64,000 nt of DNA from Dimorphilus gyrociliatus (Eukaryota > Animalia > Annelida). The stretch covers positions 612,916 to 676,915 of the forward strand of contig CAJFCJ010000020.1 of assembly GCA_904063045.1 (NCBI GenBank). The letters run 5' to 3'. Position numbers and translations under genes: made by a program. This document shows, in pieces, positions 1-11,642 of this stretch. The notes under the pieces were generated by a model that was not told the DNA's origin, did not search any database, and saw only the letters and a list, made by a program, of their open reading frames with translations. How positions within the stretch are numbered: the first letter of the stretch is position 1; each line of letters begins with the position of its first letter.

Positions 1-150
1 ATTAAATTTTTTAATTTCATTCAAAATCTAAATATTTGCATAAGAGAAAAGAAAGAAGGGATTTTATAGTTAATGAAATATAATCTTTAAACCCTAATAT
101 TCGCTTTTACTGTTGAATATTATTGAATTGATATTATAATAAATATTTAC

Positions 151-1583
151 CCTAGTTTTAAAATCATCTCCAAGTGCTCTTAAGTAGTTTCTATGCTCTG
201 TATTATTTTTCTCATCGACACCGCCCGGCTTCCAGGACAAGTCGAAGTGCCTTCGATTAGACTTTGGTATATTCTCTACTATAAAGTTTTCTTTTAGTTC
301 TCGCCTCAGTTCTCTGACTTCTTCATCCACGCTCAATTTACTCTGCACCGAATCAGAACACGTTTAACGAACTCGTTAGTATTTGTCGTTCATTAACTTA
401 CATCTCTTGTTTTACAGTCAATAAATCTCTCAGCCGTAGCTTCATTCACATAATGCGGATCTAGCCCTTGAAATGTTCTAGTATAAGATATAATATTAAA
501 TTTATTATGATCTTCTAGACCCTTTTCGATCTCTAACTCAGTGACGCTAATAAAATAACGCCGTTTCGATTTCTCATCAATTCTATTTTTTTTAAACGCA
601 CTTTCTGAACATTCTCTCAAAGTGGTAGTAAGTTTTAGATAAATATTATTCCAGGAATCTGTTGCTTTTCTAGCCCTTTCCGGTTTACGCTCGTTACCAA
701 AATCCGGTAATTTTGTGGTTATCGCCTATCAAATTTCGTCCTTAAATAATTAATTAATGTCTAGAGTAATTAGCTTTTACCTGTAGTCGGTAACATTGAG
801 GTATAGTGTTTTTATCCAGTCTATACCAAGTTAATAGTAACTGTGAATTGGATTTAATCTCAAGAGCCTCTTCAAGTAGTATGTCAAATTCGCTCTTTTC
901 AATTCTATTAGGAATAGGCCGGAATCCGTAGCGATCTCCAATTAATGTCTTAAAAAGAATACTCCGTTAAAACAATGTATAGTTAGTGTTGTGTCGTTTA
1001 CATCATTTATTTTAATAAAACCTACAACGAAATTTGCTGATATAGATGCATTTTTACAGGCGTCAACTTCTCCTAAGCATAAATCAGTAACAGAGTGTTC
1101 ATTAGTCGCAGAATCAGTTACTCCCCATCTCATATCGATTACATTAAAATCTAAGTTGGATTCTAAGCATTTTTCGATCAGTTCCGGATAAATATTATTA
1201 ATAAAATAATTTCTCTCCGCCTTCATATCTATTTCGAAGTATTCATTGAATTGAAATGAAATGAAATAATATTTTGTTTCTATTAGAATAAATACCAGAA
1301 AAGGTTGAAGATAAAAATATTCGTATTTCTTTTTTACTTTTTTCAGGTATCTTTGTAACATTTCCCGCCAAGATGTCGTATACAGCATCTTTTCTTAAAT
1401 CTATTACTGCAGTTCTGGGATAGATTTGACTTTTTTCTACAATAGATTAATTATAAGTGAATGTTTGTCTTCTAAATTTCCCTAACGATTTTATATTTAT
1501 ATACTATATGATTAATTATTATTAATTAAATATGGTATACCTCTATTAGCCGCTTTACCATTTATAGCAGATTTGCAGTTCAT
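151..1583 (-). CDS. NWD1/NWD2-like NACHT-WD40 family protein, N-terminal DUF4062-like region (partial; runs off the left edge)
   Basis: Spliced from ATG 1583 (MNCKSAINGKAANR|EKSQIYP...KEIRIFLSSTFS|DMKAERNYFINNIYPEL...VIDMRWGV...LCLGEVDAC...ANFV|TLIGDRYGFRPIP...WYRLDKNTIPQCYRLQ|AITTKLPDF...). IFLSSTF-D-ER, DMRWGV and GDRYG-RP are NWD-type motifs. GT-AG introns (e.g. 1229-1295) keep frame. The NACHT and WD domains are not visible in the window. Confidence 0.85.
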
Positions 1584-2879
1584 ATTTTTAACAGATTTAT
1601 ACCGTATATTTCGCTGTTTTTTTTTCAAATGTTCCTTTCCTTAGTAATCTTATGATTGCTAATTTCATGAGAAGTTGAAAAACAAAAACAATAAAACGTC
1701 TGCTTTGTTTATTCGGTTACCATGAACGCGAGTTTTTATCGTAATCAAGTTAGTTTTTAAATCTTCCAATTGATATAAGTTTTGATTTACGACGATTCTC
1801 AATATAACAAACGAAAATTTCTTAATCCTTTCTTTGTATCACAGATCTTGAGTGGCTGCTTAACATTTACTTAAAAGACATTAAGACTTTACAGCGCTAA
1901 TCTGTATACACAGTCCTGCAGAGATCAATATACGGTGCAGTTGTTTACCCCGTTGTTAAGGAATAATTTATGAATGTTCTTCTTTTTTCTAATTTCTAAT
2001 TAAAATGTTTAAGAAAGAAAATATATAATAAAGTTACGAGACTAAAGGATAAGCCGCTTGGAAGTATAGAACGATTTATATTTTTAGTAATTAATTATAA
2101 ATTATCTTATAAACTAATAGAAAAGTCTACTTAATAAAAAGTTGCCAACATAATAATAAGTTATAATTTTGCTGTTTAGTCTACAATATATACTACACAA
2201 AGAAAATATATGCTACATACAGAAAATTGTATACACACTATACCCCGAGAGCGTCTATTATCGTTAGAAAATAATTTTTCTCTCTCAACTTTCTTTAGCC
2301 TGGGGCTCATACCTGGACGTTCCATTTAGAAAACTTCTATTCAAATTTTATCTCAAGGTAAATTAATTACTTTAGACGCTCTATTACATTTTTTAGGTTT
2401 AAGAAAAAAAGATACAAAGGTGGAGTATTAATACACCTAATTGAAGTACTATTTAGAGTTTTTGAGAGCTGGTGTACCTTCAGCGGCAAGCAAGGTATTA
2501 ACAACGGTAAAATCGACTATTTTTCCATTAGAGATTTTAATAATTGTAAGGCCTATTTTCTCTTGCAAAATACACGACATAACGATCTTTTTTATATACG
2601 TAAAACAAAGAGCATAAGTTTTTTTTTAAGAAAAAAAAAACACAGGTAAATAAAAAAAGAGAAGAATGAAAATCTTAGATATGAGAAGATCAAAAATTTA
2701 TTGATGTCAGCTTTATAAAAAGAAACTGTTGAATTTGCAGTTTTTCACATTAAAATTTCGTCGAAGTTGAGATGATGAGAAAGAATGAGGACGATCTAGC
2801 ATCAACGTAATAATTAAATAATTCGCAATGTATTTTCTACTTTATAAACAAAATAAATGAACTGTCACATACTTTATAA

Positions 2880-3437
2880 TCAAACGGCGAACTGACGTTG
2901 ATCGTAGTTGAAATTTACACTGTTAGTACCCTGAAAGTTTTGAGAAAATCTCTGATAGGTTTCCTCAGGCGTGGTGTACGCAGGATTATCGTAATTATCG
3001 TAATAGTTGTAATAATCGTAGAAACTGTCAACACCTGGTTCGTGATTGGCAAAAGTAGGATGCGTTGGTAAAGAATCATTGTCTTGCTTAAAATTTGGCG
3101 GAAGGTCTTGCAAATTATAGACATCTATACGATCCCATTTTCTTGATCGGCCTTCAATAGCATTTCTATCACGAACTGTCTCCTCACTTCTAATGGTCTC
3201 GTGAATTCTTTCGCTATATTCCTTGTTTTCTACCACAGATTCCGTTCCTTTTCTGGAGACGTTCTCGTAGATATTGTGATTTGTCTGGGTCTTGAGTACT
3301 TCTTCGTTTCCAATTTCCCTTTTCTTTTTCATTCGAAATTCGTTAATTATTAATAAAACAACTGCAATTATTATTCCAACGCCCGCTATGCCTAATATAG
3401 AGCCAAGAATAATATTCATTACCTTTACTGACACCAT
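2880..3437 (-). CDS. Orphan single-pass membrane protein (185 aa) with a Tyr-rich cytoplasmic tail
   Basis: Single ORF. Hydrophobic segment IILGSILGIAGVGIIIAVVLLII is followed by RMKKKR, then a hydrophilic tail with YENV and NPAY. Acceptor-like cagcag lies 7 nt upstream of the ATG. Confidence 0.6.
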   Translation of the reverse strand: MVSVKVMNIILGSILGIAGVGIIIAVVLLIINEFRMKKKREIGNEEVLKTQTNHNIYENVSRKGTESVVENKEYSERIHETIRSEETVRDRNAIEGRSRKWDRIDVYNLQDLPPNFKQDNDSLPTHPTFANHEPGVDSFYDYYNYYDNYDNPAYTTPEETYQRFSQNFQGTNSVNFNYDQRQFAV

Positions 3438-3579
3438 CTTTCACCTGCTGATATGTTATGTGATTATACTATAAAGATAACAGCAGCTACAATAAAGATA
3501 AGATTTTATAAACAACTAGTAAGATAAAGCATGAGGTTTATTTGACTCGAAACGAAATCTAAATAAAATACATGAAAAA

Positions 3580-6500
3580 TTAACTATTGTCTGTTGGGTT
3601 TTCCCACTGATTTTCTTCTTCTTCTGGAACAATATCACTCAATGATGCGTATGATGTTTTAGCTGTATCGACGCTATCTGTAATTGATTTAGTTCATATT
3701 ATGTAAATTATTGATATTTTGATAATAGAAAAAGTGTTGAAAAACATGTTGAAAAAATCTTTCACCTCCGAGTACAGAAGAGCTATCTTCCCTTTTCTTT
3801 CCTTCTACCGAGAGCTTTTTACGGACTATGTTTTTAATAGCATTTTTCGATCCTTTGCCCTTTACGTCTGCTTTGGTAGCCTGCTCATAATCAGGAGGTG
3901 CGTCCTCATCCCCAGTCGTATCAAGCGAATCCGATTCTTCTGCTGTGATAATGGAAATATTTCAAATTTTTGTTATACATCCTATTGGTTATAATCAACA
4001 GAGTAAACCGCCATCTAACGGACGGCTTATTATATTATTTTAAGAGGGATAGAAATGTGACCTAAGTGGCATTCTTTATCTTAGTTTACCTTGTAAACGC
4101 TTGGTTCTAAAAGAAGCATTCGTCAGAGCAGATTTCCTCAGGCGACCGTCTCTTGCAGCAGAAGATAAGGCTATGGATATACCTATGGGTCCGTCTTCTG
4201 GTTGGCCAGATGGATTTACTGCAAGAGAGTCTACAATAGCGTTCGTAACCTATAAGAAAAAAGGGAAGAGCAAAGGAATTACTAGGGCGACGGTCACGTA
4301 TAATCAATTTAGACACGTTCGAATACTCGTACCAGTAACACTTCATTTAAAAGTTCGTATTCGGCTCTAACGTACACATCGCTAACTACTGATTTTCCCT
4401 CTTTCGCACTTCCATTGAACCTGTTTATATTAAATTAAGAAAACATTTTGTATCGTGCAGCCATACTTCAAACGAATAGGTATTACATTGCAAAATATAC
4501 TCCGTCTAGGAGTTCTAGAAGAAATTCTGACGTAAAAGGTATTCTCGGGGAGTTATCCTCTATTTCAGCTTCAGCGTTGTTGAATAGAGTTCCTTTGTAA
4601 CCGCTTCTTAAAAGCCTTTGAAAAATAAAGTTTATAAAAAATCTTACTAAAAAGATTTCGATGGAGCGATGGAGGAAAGGAGAGAGTAAATAGTCAAAGT
4701 ATCCAACTAACTATCTATTTCTGTTAATGGGCATAAAAGTCTTTCGCCAGAAGGCGAACATATTGGTGCACTATACTTCGTTGCACCTGCTTCCGCCTTT
4801 TCTTCATTTCACCCTTATGAGTTATCAGTGCGGCCGAAGGCAGGGTCAACTATAGCCCGATATTTCCCTAATTCGCCCGTCTAATTAAAACGGCAAACGC
4901 GTTTGATCAAGGCAGCACGCAAACGGCGATCAGTCCCCCGGCCATTTTTTCTAGCTAGATGAGTCTTTGAAGCGAATGAAATTCAATAATTCGCCGGAAA
5001 AGCTTACCTGCAAGACCACTCGCAAAGATTTGTTCTGGACTTCAACGATAGTTCTGCTATAAAGCTATTATAAGCTCGTAGAACCTGTGTGAGGATCATG
5101 AATCTATTTTGAGCCGAAAACTCTTCGATTTGTTCGAAGGGTCCCTGCTGGAATGTGATGTTCTTGTCGTGATGGTAATTCATTAGTGCACTGTCGCTTA
5201 GTACTAATGATGTCAAACTTGGTGGCTGAATTAATGATAAATGCTTTATAGAATATTTTAAAAGAAATTGTGTAATTTTTATATATTAAAATAAAGTAAT
5301 ATAAGAGATATGGAGAAGAGTAATACACGTGACTAAAACAGAATTAATACTTTAAGCGTATGTTTACGCATGAAATTCTAGAAAAGCGCAACAGGCGTTA
5401 CTTCAAAAGACATGAAATGCGCATTATTTACGGATATGAAAACGAAGAATCTAAGCATACAACCCCATCAATACTCGCCAATCACGGATATAATAAGACG
5501 TTGGTAATTATATACGTATCGATGGGCGTCTAATATAATATTTCAATCTTTATAATAACTGCAATGTCACTAGGCTATTAGCGACGGCGGCGACTAATAG
5601 CATTTATCGCAAAAAGTCGGCAATGTAAAATATTCATAGTCTCATCAGACTAAACGCCGCCCAGCCAACACGATTACTTACTTCGTGATAACAGGACGCA
5701 GTGGCTACTGTTGGTACTGTGTATGTTCGAACTTTAGCTTGTCCACTCTCCTTTTCTACGACTTCCTGTTAGTGCTAATTCAGTTAGAACATTTATGCAA
5801 TAAACTTAAGGTAAAGAGAAAAAATACGCCAATTTCGTTGAAGATTGATAGAATGTAGCACATCAGTGGTACAACTGCTGATAACTAAAAAGATTACGAT
5901 ACCAGCACTACACCACTGCTAAACTGCATTCTGTATATTTAGGCGTCGAGCGTCTAAAATGCCGATTCTAACCATGTACGTATTGAGCGTTTCGTGCATA
6001 CCTATATAGAGTTACCATAGCAACATATTCCTTATATATGTTTAGCCATGATGATATTCATACTTTATATATCATTCACTTTCTCTGTCATTGTACAAAA
6101 CAGATGAGCATCTTATTAGAAGCATTTGGTTACTCATAGAAAACTTTTCACGAGTAATAATTTAACATTTAATAACAAGTCAAACGAAAGTTCTCTTTCA
6201 CACTAAAAAAGGCAAATATTTTATTCATAACCTCACTAAGTGCCTTTTACATTTGTACCCTACAAAATGTCTTCATACAAAAATCATTCTCTCAAAATAA
6301 AACAAACTCCTTCTTTCAACAACTTACGAAGCATACAAGACAAGAAGGAAAGAAAAGAAACGTAGAAAAATAACATTAGAAATAAGGCGTAAAAGAAAAA
6401 CCGAACACGACAAACCATACATGCAAACATATACACACCGCAACTTACTGACGTTTACTCTTGCAAACGGGTGTGGCTACTGCAATAACTGCAAAAGCCG

Positions 6501-6987
6501 ACACATTTTTATGCCGTTGAGATATGACAGTAGTGACGCAGGCGGCAGTTTCCATTCTAAACGTTTTCCTGGGGGTGTCAGCTACTAAACTTAGCGTCTA
6601 TACGAATATTTTTTGGGCGTGGCAAATTATTCGTTTCCTTTATGATAAAAAACCCTTTCGCCTTTCGCCTTAACGAATTGAAGCAGGTAAGAGAAGATGA
6701 AAGTACTCGTTAACGAGTTCAAAAGGGAAAGATAATCGTTACGTCACACTTAAGCTATTGTCCCCAAGAACTATTGCGACTATTTTCTCGACGCCTTATT
6801 ATTGATGCCCCTTAATATTCTCCGTGCTAAAGACAACCACACCCTCCCACATTTTCGGTTAGAGTTACATTATGAGAACAGCGAAATTGGCGCTAGATAA
6901 TAATCTTACCATATTATAGATTCCTAGCAAACATGTGGCTATGGAGCATACTCTCTGTTGAAATAAAAAAGCAAAATCTATATTTAT

Positions 6988-7018
<31 letters not shown>

Positions 7019-8482
7019 GGTATATATTAATAAGAAATAAATAAATACTCTAAGCATAATTGTATATGTAAGGGCAGAGGGGAGCGGGTGGTATAAATAG
7101 CTTTACAAAAAAAGCAAATATCGCCTATTTCGCATATTTATTACATAGCATGGCTCATAAACAGTATTTATCTGTAAATCTGTAAATATATCTATATGTA
7201 TATGTATATATATATATACTGAAAGCAGCATATATAATATATGATGAACGGACATTTCTATGTCCATGATAGAGGAGAGGCGGTATGAATAAAATGTAAA
7301 TATATTAATACACTATTACTTTCATACATTTTTTAAAATATTAATATACTTATGCAGAATATATGAAAGTAAATAGCACATTCCTATTATTTATTTACAT
7401 GGTCAAGCTTTATACTACAAATATACTTTCCTAAGCGATATAATTAAAAAAATAGGCAAAACGCACTTTTGTCTCTCTGTTGTAGACTGATGTCAGATAG
7501 GCTCCTATTAATGATGGGACAAGCTCCAATGTAAATTTTTTTAATTCATCATTAGACGCTCTATAAAACTCAAATAGTTGATGACAGACCGGTGAAATAA
7601 GCTGAAATTTAAGATAAAAGATTAATTATCAAGTAAATAGATGAAATATCGGAAAATATTAATATTACGTCATGATCAGGGTACTTTTCGAATAGTTCAT
7701 ATAACGTGTTGACAATTTCATCATTATTGCGAATGGTTTGCGCATAAGCTCCCAATTCAATTTTGGATGAATCCTTGAAAAAAAAACAAATAGTTTAGTA
7801 TTTCTTTTCACTGAGAATTCAATAGAACATCCGCCTACTTTTAATCCCCTTCCCAAAAAGTCCTCAAATTTCTTAAAGAAATATGGAGGAATTTGAATAT
7901 TATATTCATTACAGATTATAACAGAGCTCATTATGGATGGTGAAGGATACATATATTGTTTTCCAACTTTTTTCAACGTTAAACGAATCACTGCTCAATA
8001 TCACCACACCCAAAATGCACTAATGCGCTACATAAAAGTGCATTATATGAAAGGCGAGAAACTGCACCAGCAGTTTAGACAAAGGATAATTGACGCTTGA
8101 AATAGCTGGGTGTGTCTTCATCTTTTGCACCCGCTTTTTTGACTTCAAAGAGGAAAACGCCTGAGCTACACGTTAATTAACTATTCTAACACTTTTTTCG
8201 TTAAAAAAATTTTTATATTTCTATTTTTGAAAAGTAGGAATTATAATTTTCTCCCCAAACATAATAAGATTAAAATGTGTGATTGACGGGGAAAACGTTT
8301 TGGTTAGAAAATGATTCTAGGCAAAGAGAGATGCAAAAAAAATAGGAAAAAACTCTGATCACAACAAGTTGGAAATAAACAATACTATAACCTAAACTAT
8401 ATAATCAAATAAGTCAACTGACTTGTTTACATTCCAACAGCCACTCGGAAATTATGCTCGGTTGGAAACCTCTGTAACGCAT
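3580..8482 (-). CDS. FAM126A: Hyccin / FAM126 family (PI4KIIIalpha complex subunit)
   Basis: In-frame exon chain: MRYRGFQPSIISEWLLECKQ|DSSKIELGAYAQTIRN...|LISPVCHQLFEFYRAS...LELVPSLIGAYL...|RVCSIATCLLGIYNM|EVVEKESGQAKVRTYTVPTVATASCYHE|PPSLTSLVLSDSALM...AQNRFMILTQVLRAYN...|...RIPFTSEFLLELLDGVYFAM|FNG...RAEYEL...|...TNASFRTKRLQ... PVCHQLFEFYR and TNASFRTK are hyccin signatures. Stop TAA at 3582-3580. Confidence 0.93.
6011..6024. promoter_or_regulatory. Canonical RFX X-box inside a hyccin intron
   Basis: GTTACCATAGCAAC matches the 14-bp X-box consensus GTTNCCATRGNAAC. Confidence 0.5.
6991..7018. repeat. (TA)14 microsatellite
   Basis: Perfect TA run in a hyccin intron. Confidence 0.9.
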
Positions 8483-9194
8483 TACCTGCAAAGTAAAATA
8501 TTATTAGGCGCCATCTGCATGACTTAATGAGTAAGGTTTAAACAAAATAGTATTATATCATTAATATACTTAAAATGTTTTTAATTACTTTTAAGTTATT
8601 AGTAATCTCTTTTCTTAACTCATTTTAATTAACATCCACTCATTTTGATCTAAAATTTTCCTGCGGATTACTTTTAAACGAGAACATTAAAAGCCAAACT
8701 TTTAGCTAAATAATCTCTTTATACTTCCAATTTTTGATCCCACCACCTGACACTACCATCAACATAAAAATAACGAATTATTTCATTATACGAAATTAAA
8801 AACCTTGTCGAAATTTAGATATATTTTAATATCATGTTGTTTACTTGATAAAGGAACTTAAAAGTTAACTGACAATAATGGGATATAATATAATAAACCT
8901 ACGTTAATCAAATTATTCTCGAACGATACACTATAATATTCAATTTATTCAAGATTTCTGTCGTTTTTAGGGATTTCCAATTTTTCCATAATAAGGCTTC
9001 CTGTCCGAGCTGAATTTTTACACACAATAACGACGTGGAACCAGGTTCATAACAGGGTAAAAAATTTAAATGTCGAAGACATAGTCATGTGAATACTTAT
9101 CACGTGGGCTGTCTCATGGTAGTTACTCAGTCCATCCGATAAAAGTCGTAATTTCCTACAGACATTAGAAAAATTCAACAACACAACCTTCAGA

Positions 9195-10062
9195 ATGTGT
9201 AAATGTTCAACGAAAGCGTTTCTCCTTCTATTCGGGACAATATTATGGGTAAGTTTAAAATGTTTTACGCTTTGTTATTCTTGGGCAATAACAAGTCACA
9301 AGGAGGTGACTCATCAATGTATTAAATTTATACTTTGCTAATGTTTTTAAACGTCTGTATTAAAATAATTTTCAACTTTTTCAGGCACTTGCCGCTGCTT
9401 TGATCTGGGTATCTGTCCAAATATTCGTTGAATACAGGAATATAGAGGAGCTTGGGAAAGCTTTATATATCCTTGTACCAACGGTTGTTCTCATTTTATG
9501 TGCAGTATTGTTCTTCGTTGTCGGCCTCTTGGGTTGTATTGGTAGTTGTAAGGAGCATAAATGTTTATTGGGAACCTTCTGTGTCTGCATAATTATAATC
9601 GCTGTTGGTCTCATTGTTTCGGCTTCATTGTCGTATCATTATCGTCACAAGGTTGAGAAATCTGCTTCAAAAGTATTGGAAAAAGGATTGAATCATTATA
9701 AAAACAACAGTATTTGGAGAAATGAAATTGATTTCATTCAAGAAAAATTCAAATGCTGTGGTGTTAATAACGCCACCGATTGGATTGATACACCTTGGGG
9801 TCATCACCATCCGATGGAACCTTATCCAAAATCTTGTTACAAAAATGAAACATCTGAATTGTATTTAAGGAAGGATGGTTGCGTACCAAAGGTTAAAAAT
9901 TTTGTTGTTAATCATCTCGATATAATTTTGGGAACAGCTTTCGGATTTTTGGGTTTACTTATTCTTGGCATAATAGCATCTTGCGTTCTGCTTTGCTGGA
10001 GAAAGAAGAGAGAAGAAGTTCCTTATGTTGGTTTAGCACCAGATGGAAGTCAACGTGTTTAG
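9195..10062 (+). CDS. Tetraspanin (CD63/TSPAN3-like)
   Basis: Exon 1 9195-9248 (MCKCSTKAFLLLFGTILW|gtaagt), exon 2 9385-10062. Four hydrophobic helices, GLLGCIG in TM2-3, and FKCCG plus PKSC in the large extracellular loop. Confidence 0.93.
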
Positions 10063-10238
10063 AAAAACTATCAGCCCACCCTCTTTTTCTGTGCAGCAAT
10101 TTCTGTGCTTTTAATTTAACTTGAATACTTTTTCACTGAAAACATTAAATAACAATAAAAATTAAAAAATTGCACTTTTTATTTCAATACATAAATTGAA
10201 TTTATTAAATTCTACATTGTGTATCCAAATATCAATTC

Positions 10239-11402
10239 TCAGTCCACGTCGTGTATACCTTCGACAGGAGGGCTTCGAACAGAACTTAAAAAAGAGTCAG
10301 CCCAGGCTTTTGTCAGTTCTAAATTTCCCCCATTTTCTTTTAGTAAATCCTTTTTACCGTGTTGACCTAAAATCATTTTTGCAGCGGCAATAACAACTTG
10401 AGAAGTCAAATCAGGCTGAGTTCTAAGCAAGTCTTTAACATATTGTCGAACCTTTGGTTCTAATTCTTGGAGACACGATGTTCGTCCTTTTTTACAAGAT
10501 GTTTCGTTATCTGAGGAATGTGAGAGGCAGCTAACGTAAAATTTCCTCATACTCCTGACTGTAGATTCGCCAATACGACAACCGAATTTTTCTTTATAAT
10601 GTCGAACTGTTTCCGCTACTCCATTCATCATGGCATATCTTCCTAGTTCCTCTCTTGTCTCTTTAGTATATGTTGTGTACATTCCTCTAGGTTTTCTTCT
10701 CTTTAATCTTTGATTTGTTGGTGTTGGTTTATTAGTATATAAGGACTGCGGCTTTGAGGCTACAGGATGTTTAATACGAGGAAGAACTTCTGAGAGACTA
10801 TTTTTCTTATTTTTTTTCACCGGTTTCACGGGTTCGGACGTTTCAACAGTTTCTTCATAACTTGAGAGAATTTTTTGAGAAATATTATTAAAAACATTAT
10901 TTAGGGCAGGTTCTGGATTTAAATGAGAGACTGGAATTGCAGCTTCACCATAGACTGGATCCGATGTTAAGGTATGAGGTTCGTCGTCGATAAAAGACGA
11001 TGTTGTTGCCAAATTCGGGTCGTCTGAACTTGATAATCGGCTTTTCTTCGACTCTTCAAAACCCTCGATTAAATGATTGACTTGTTCTGTTTTGACCGGT
11101 CTAGCCTTTCTTTTATTCTTACGACTAGGAGAGGTAGAACATGTAATAGCCGTTACGGTATCGTTTTGTTCCCCATATATATCTGTTTCACCCTCACTTA
11201 GAACAATATCTGGCTTCTTGATTGGTAAGAATTGAGATTGTAGGTTGACTAGGAATATTCTCTTTTGGTCTATTGTGACACCAATTAAGCCTTCAATTTG
11301 TAAATCACTCTTAAAGTTTAAATTATCGCAGCAAATATTAGATACAGCATCCATCAATTGGACTTTTATTTTGTCTAGATCGTCGCTAGTATTTAATTCC
11401 AT
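10239..11402 (-). CDS. Intronless 387-aa protein with a C-terminal pogo/Tigger-type (Brinker-like + CENP-B/Tc5 HTH) DNA-binding module and no DDE domain
   Basis: YTKETREELGRYAMMNGVAETVRHYKEKFGCRIGESTVRSMRK, then KKGRTSCLQELEPKVRQYV...SQVVIAAAKMIL...LLKENGGNLELTKAWADSFL. The ORF stops about 13 aa later. No terminal inverted repeats were seen. Confidence 0.7.
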   Translation of the reverse strand: MELNTSDDLDKIKVQLMDAVSNICCDNLNFKSDLQIEGLIGVTIDQKRIFLVNLQSQFLPIKKPDIVLSEGETDIYGEQNDTVTAITCSTSPSRKNKRKARPVKTEQVNHLIEGFEESKKSRLSSSDDPNLATTSSFIDDEPHTLTSDPVYGEAAIPVSHLNPEPALNNVFNNISQKILSSYEETVETSEPVKPVKKNKKNSLSEVLPRIKHPVASKPQSLYTNKPTPTNQRLKRRKPRGMYTTYTKETREELGRYAMMNGVAETVRHYKEKFGCRIGESTVRSMRKFYVSCLSHSSDNETSCKKGRTSCLQELEPKVRQYVKDLLRTQPDLTSQVVIAAAKMILGQHGKKDLLKENGGNLELTKAWADSFLSSVRSPPVEGIHDVD

Positions 11403-11642
11403 ATTTATTTATGGAAATAATCACTTTTTTGGGTGAGCGAAAATACCGGACAAATGAAATTTGGGATAAATGACTGGTGGCGCCATCTATATATGAATTA
11501 AATTCACCCTTCTCTGATAATTTTGCAATTTATACGGAGTCTTATTTCCCATATTAAACTTCATACAAATAGTTTCAAAGGTTTTATTTAACTTTCTTAT
11601 CAAAAAAATAAACATTTCATGTTATCACAGATGAATAATATT

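Noticed and set aside
2200-2560. Exon-like plus-strand fragments with GT/AG sites
   Set aside because: Could not assemble a start-to-stop model or recognise any motif.
7665-7991. 108-aa minus-strand ORF
   Set aside because: Intron sequence plus a hyccin exon read in the wrong frame.
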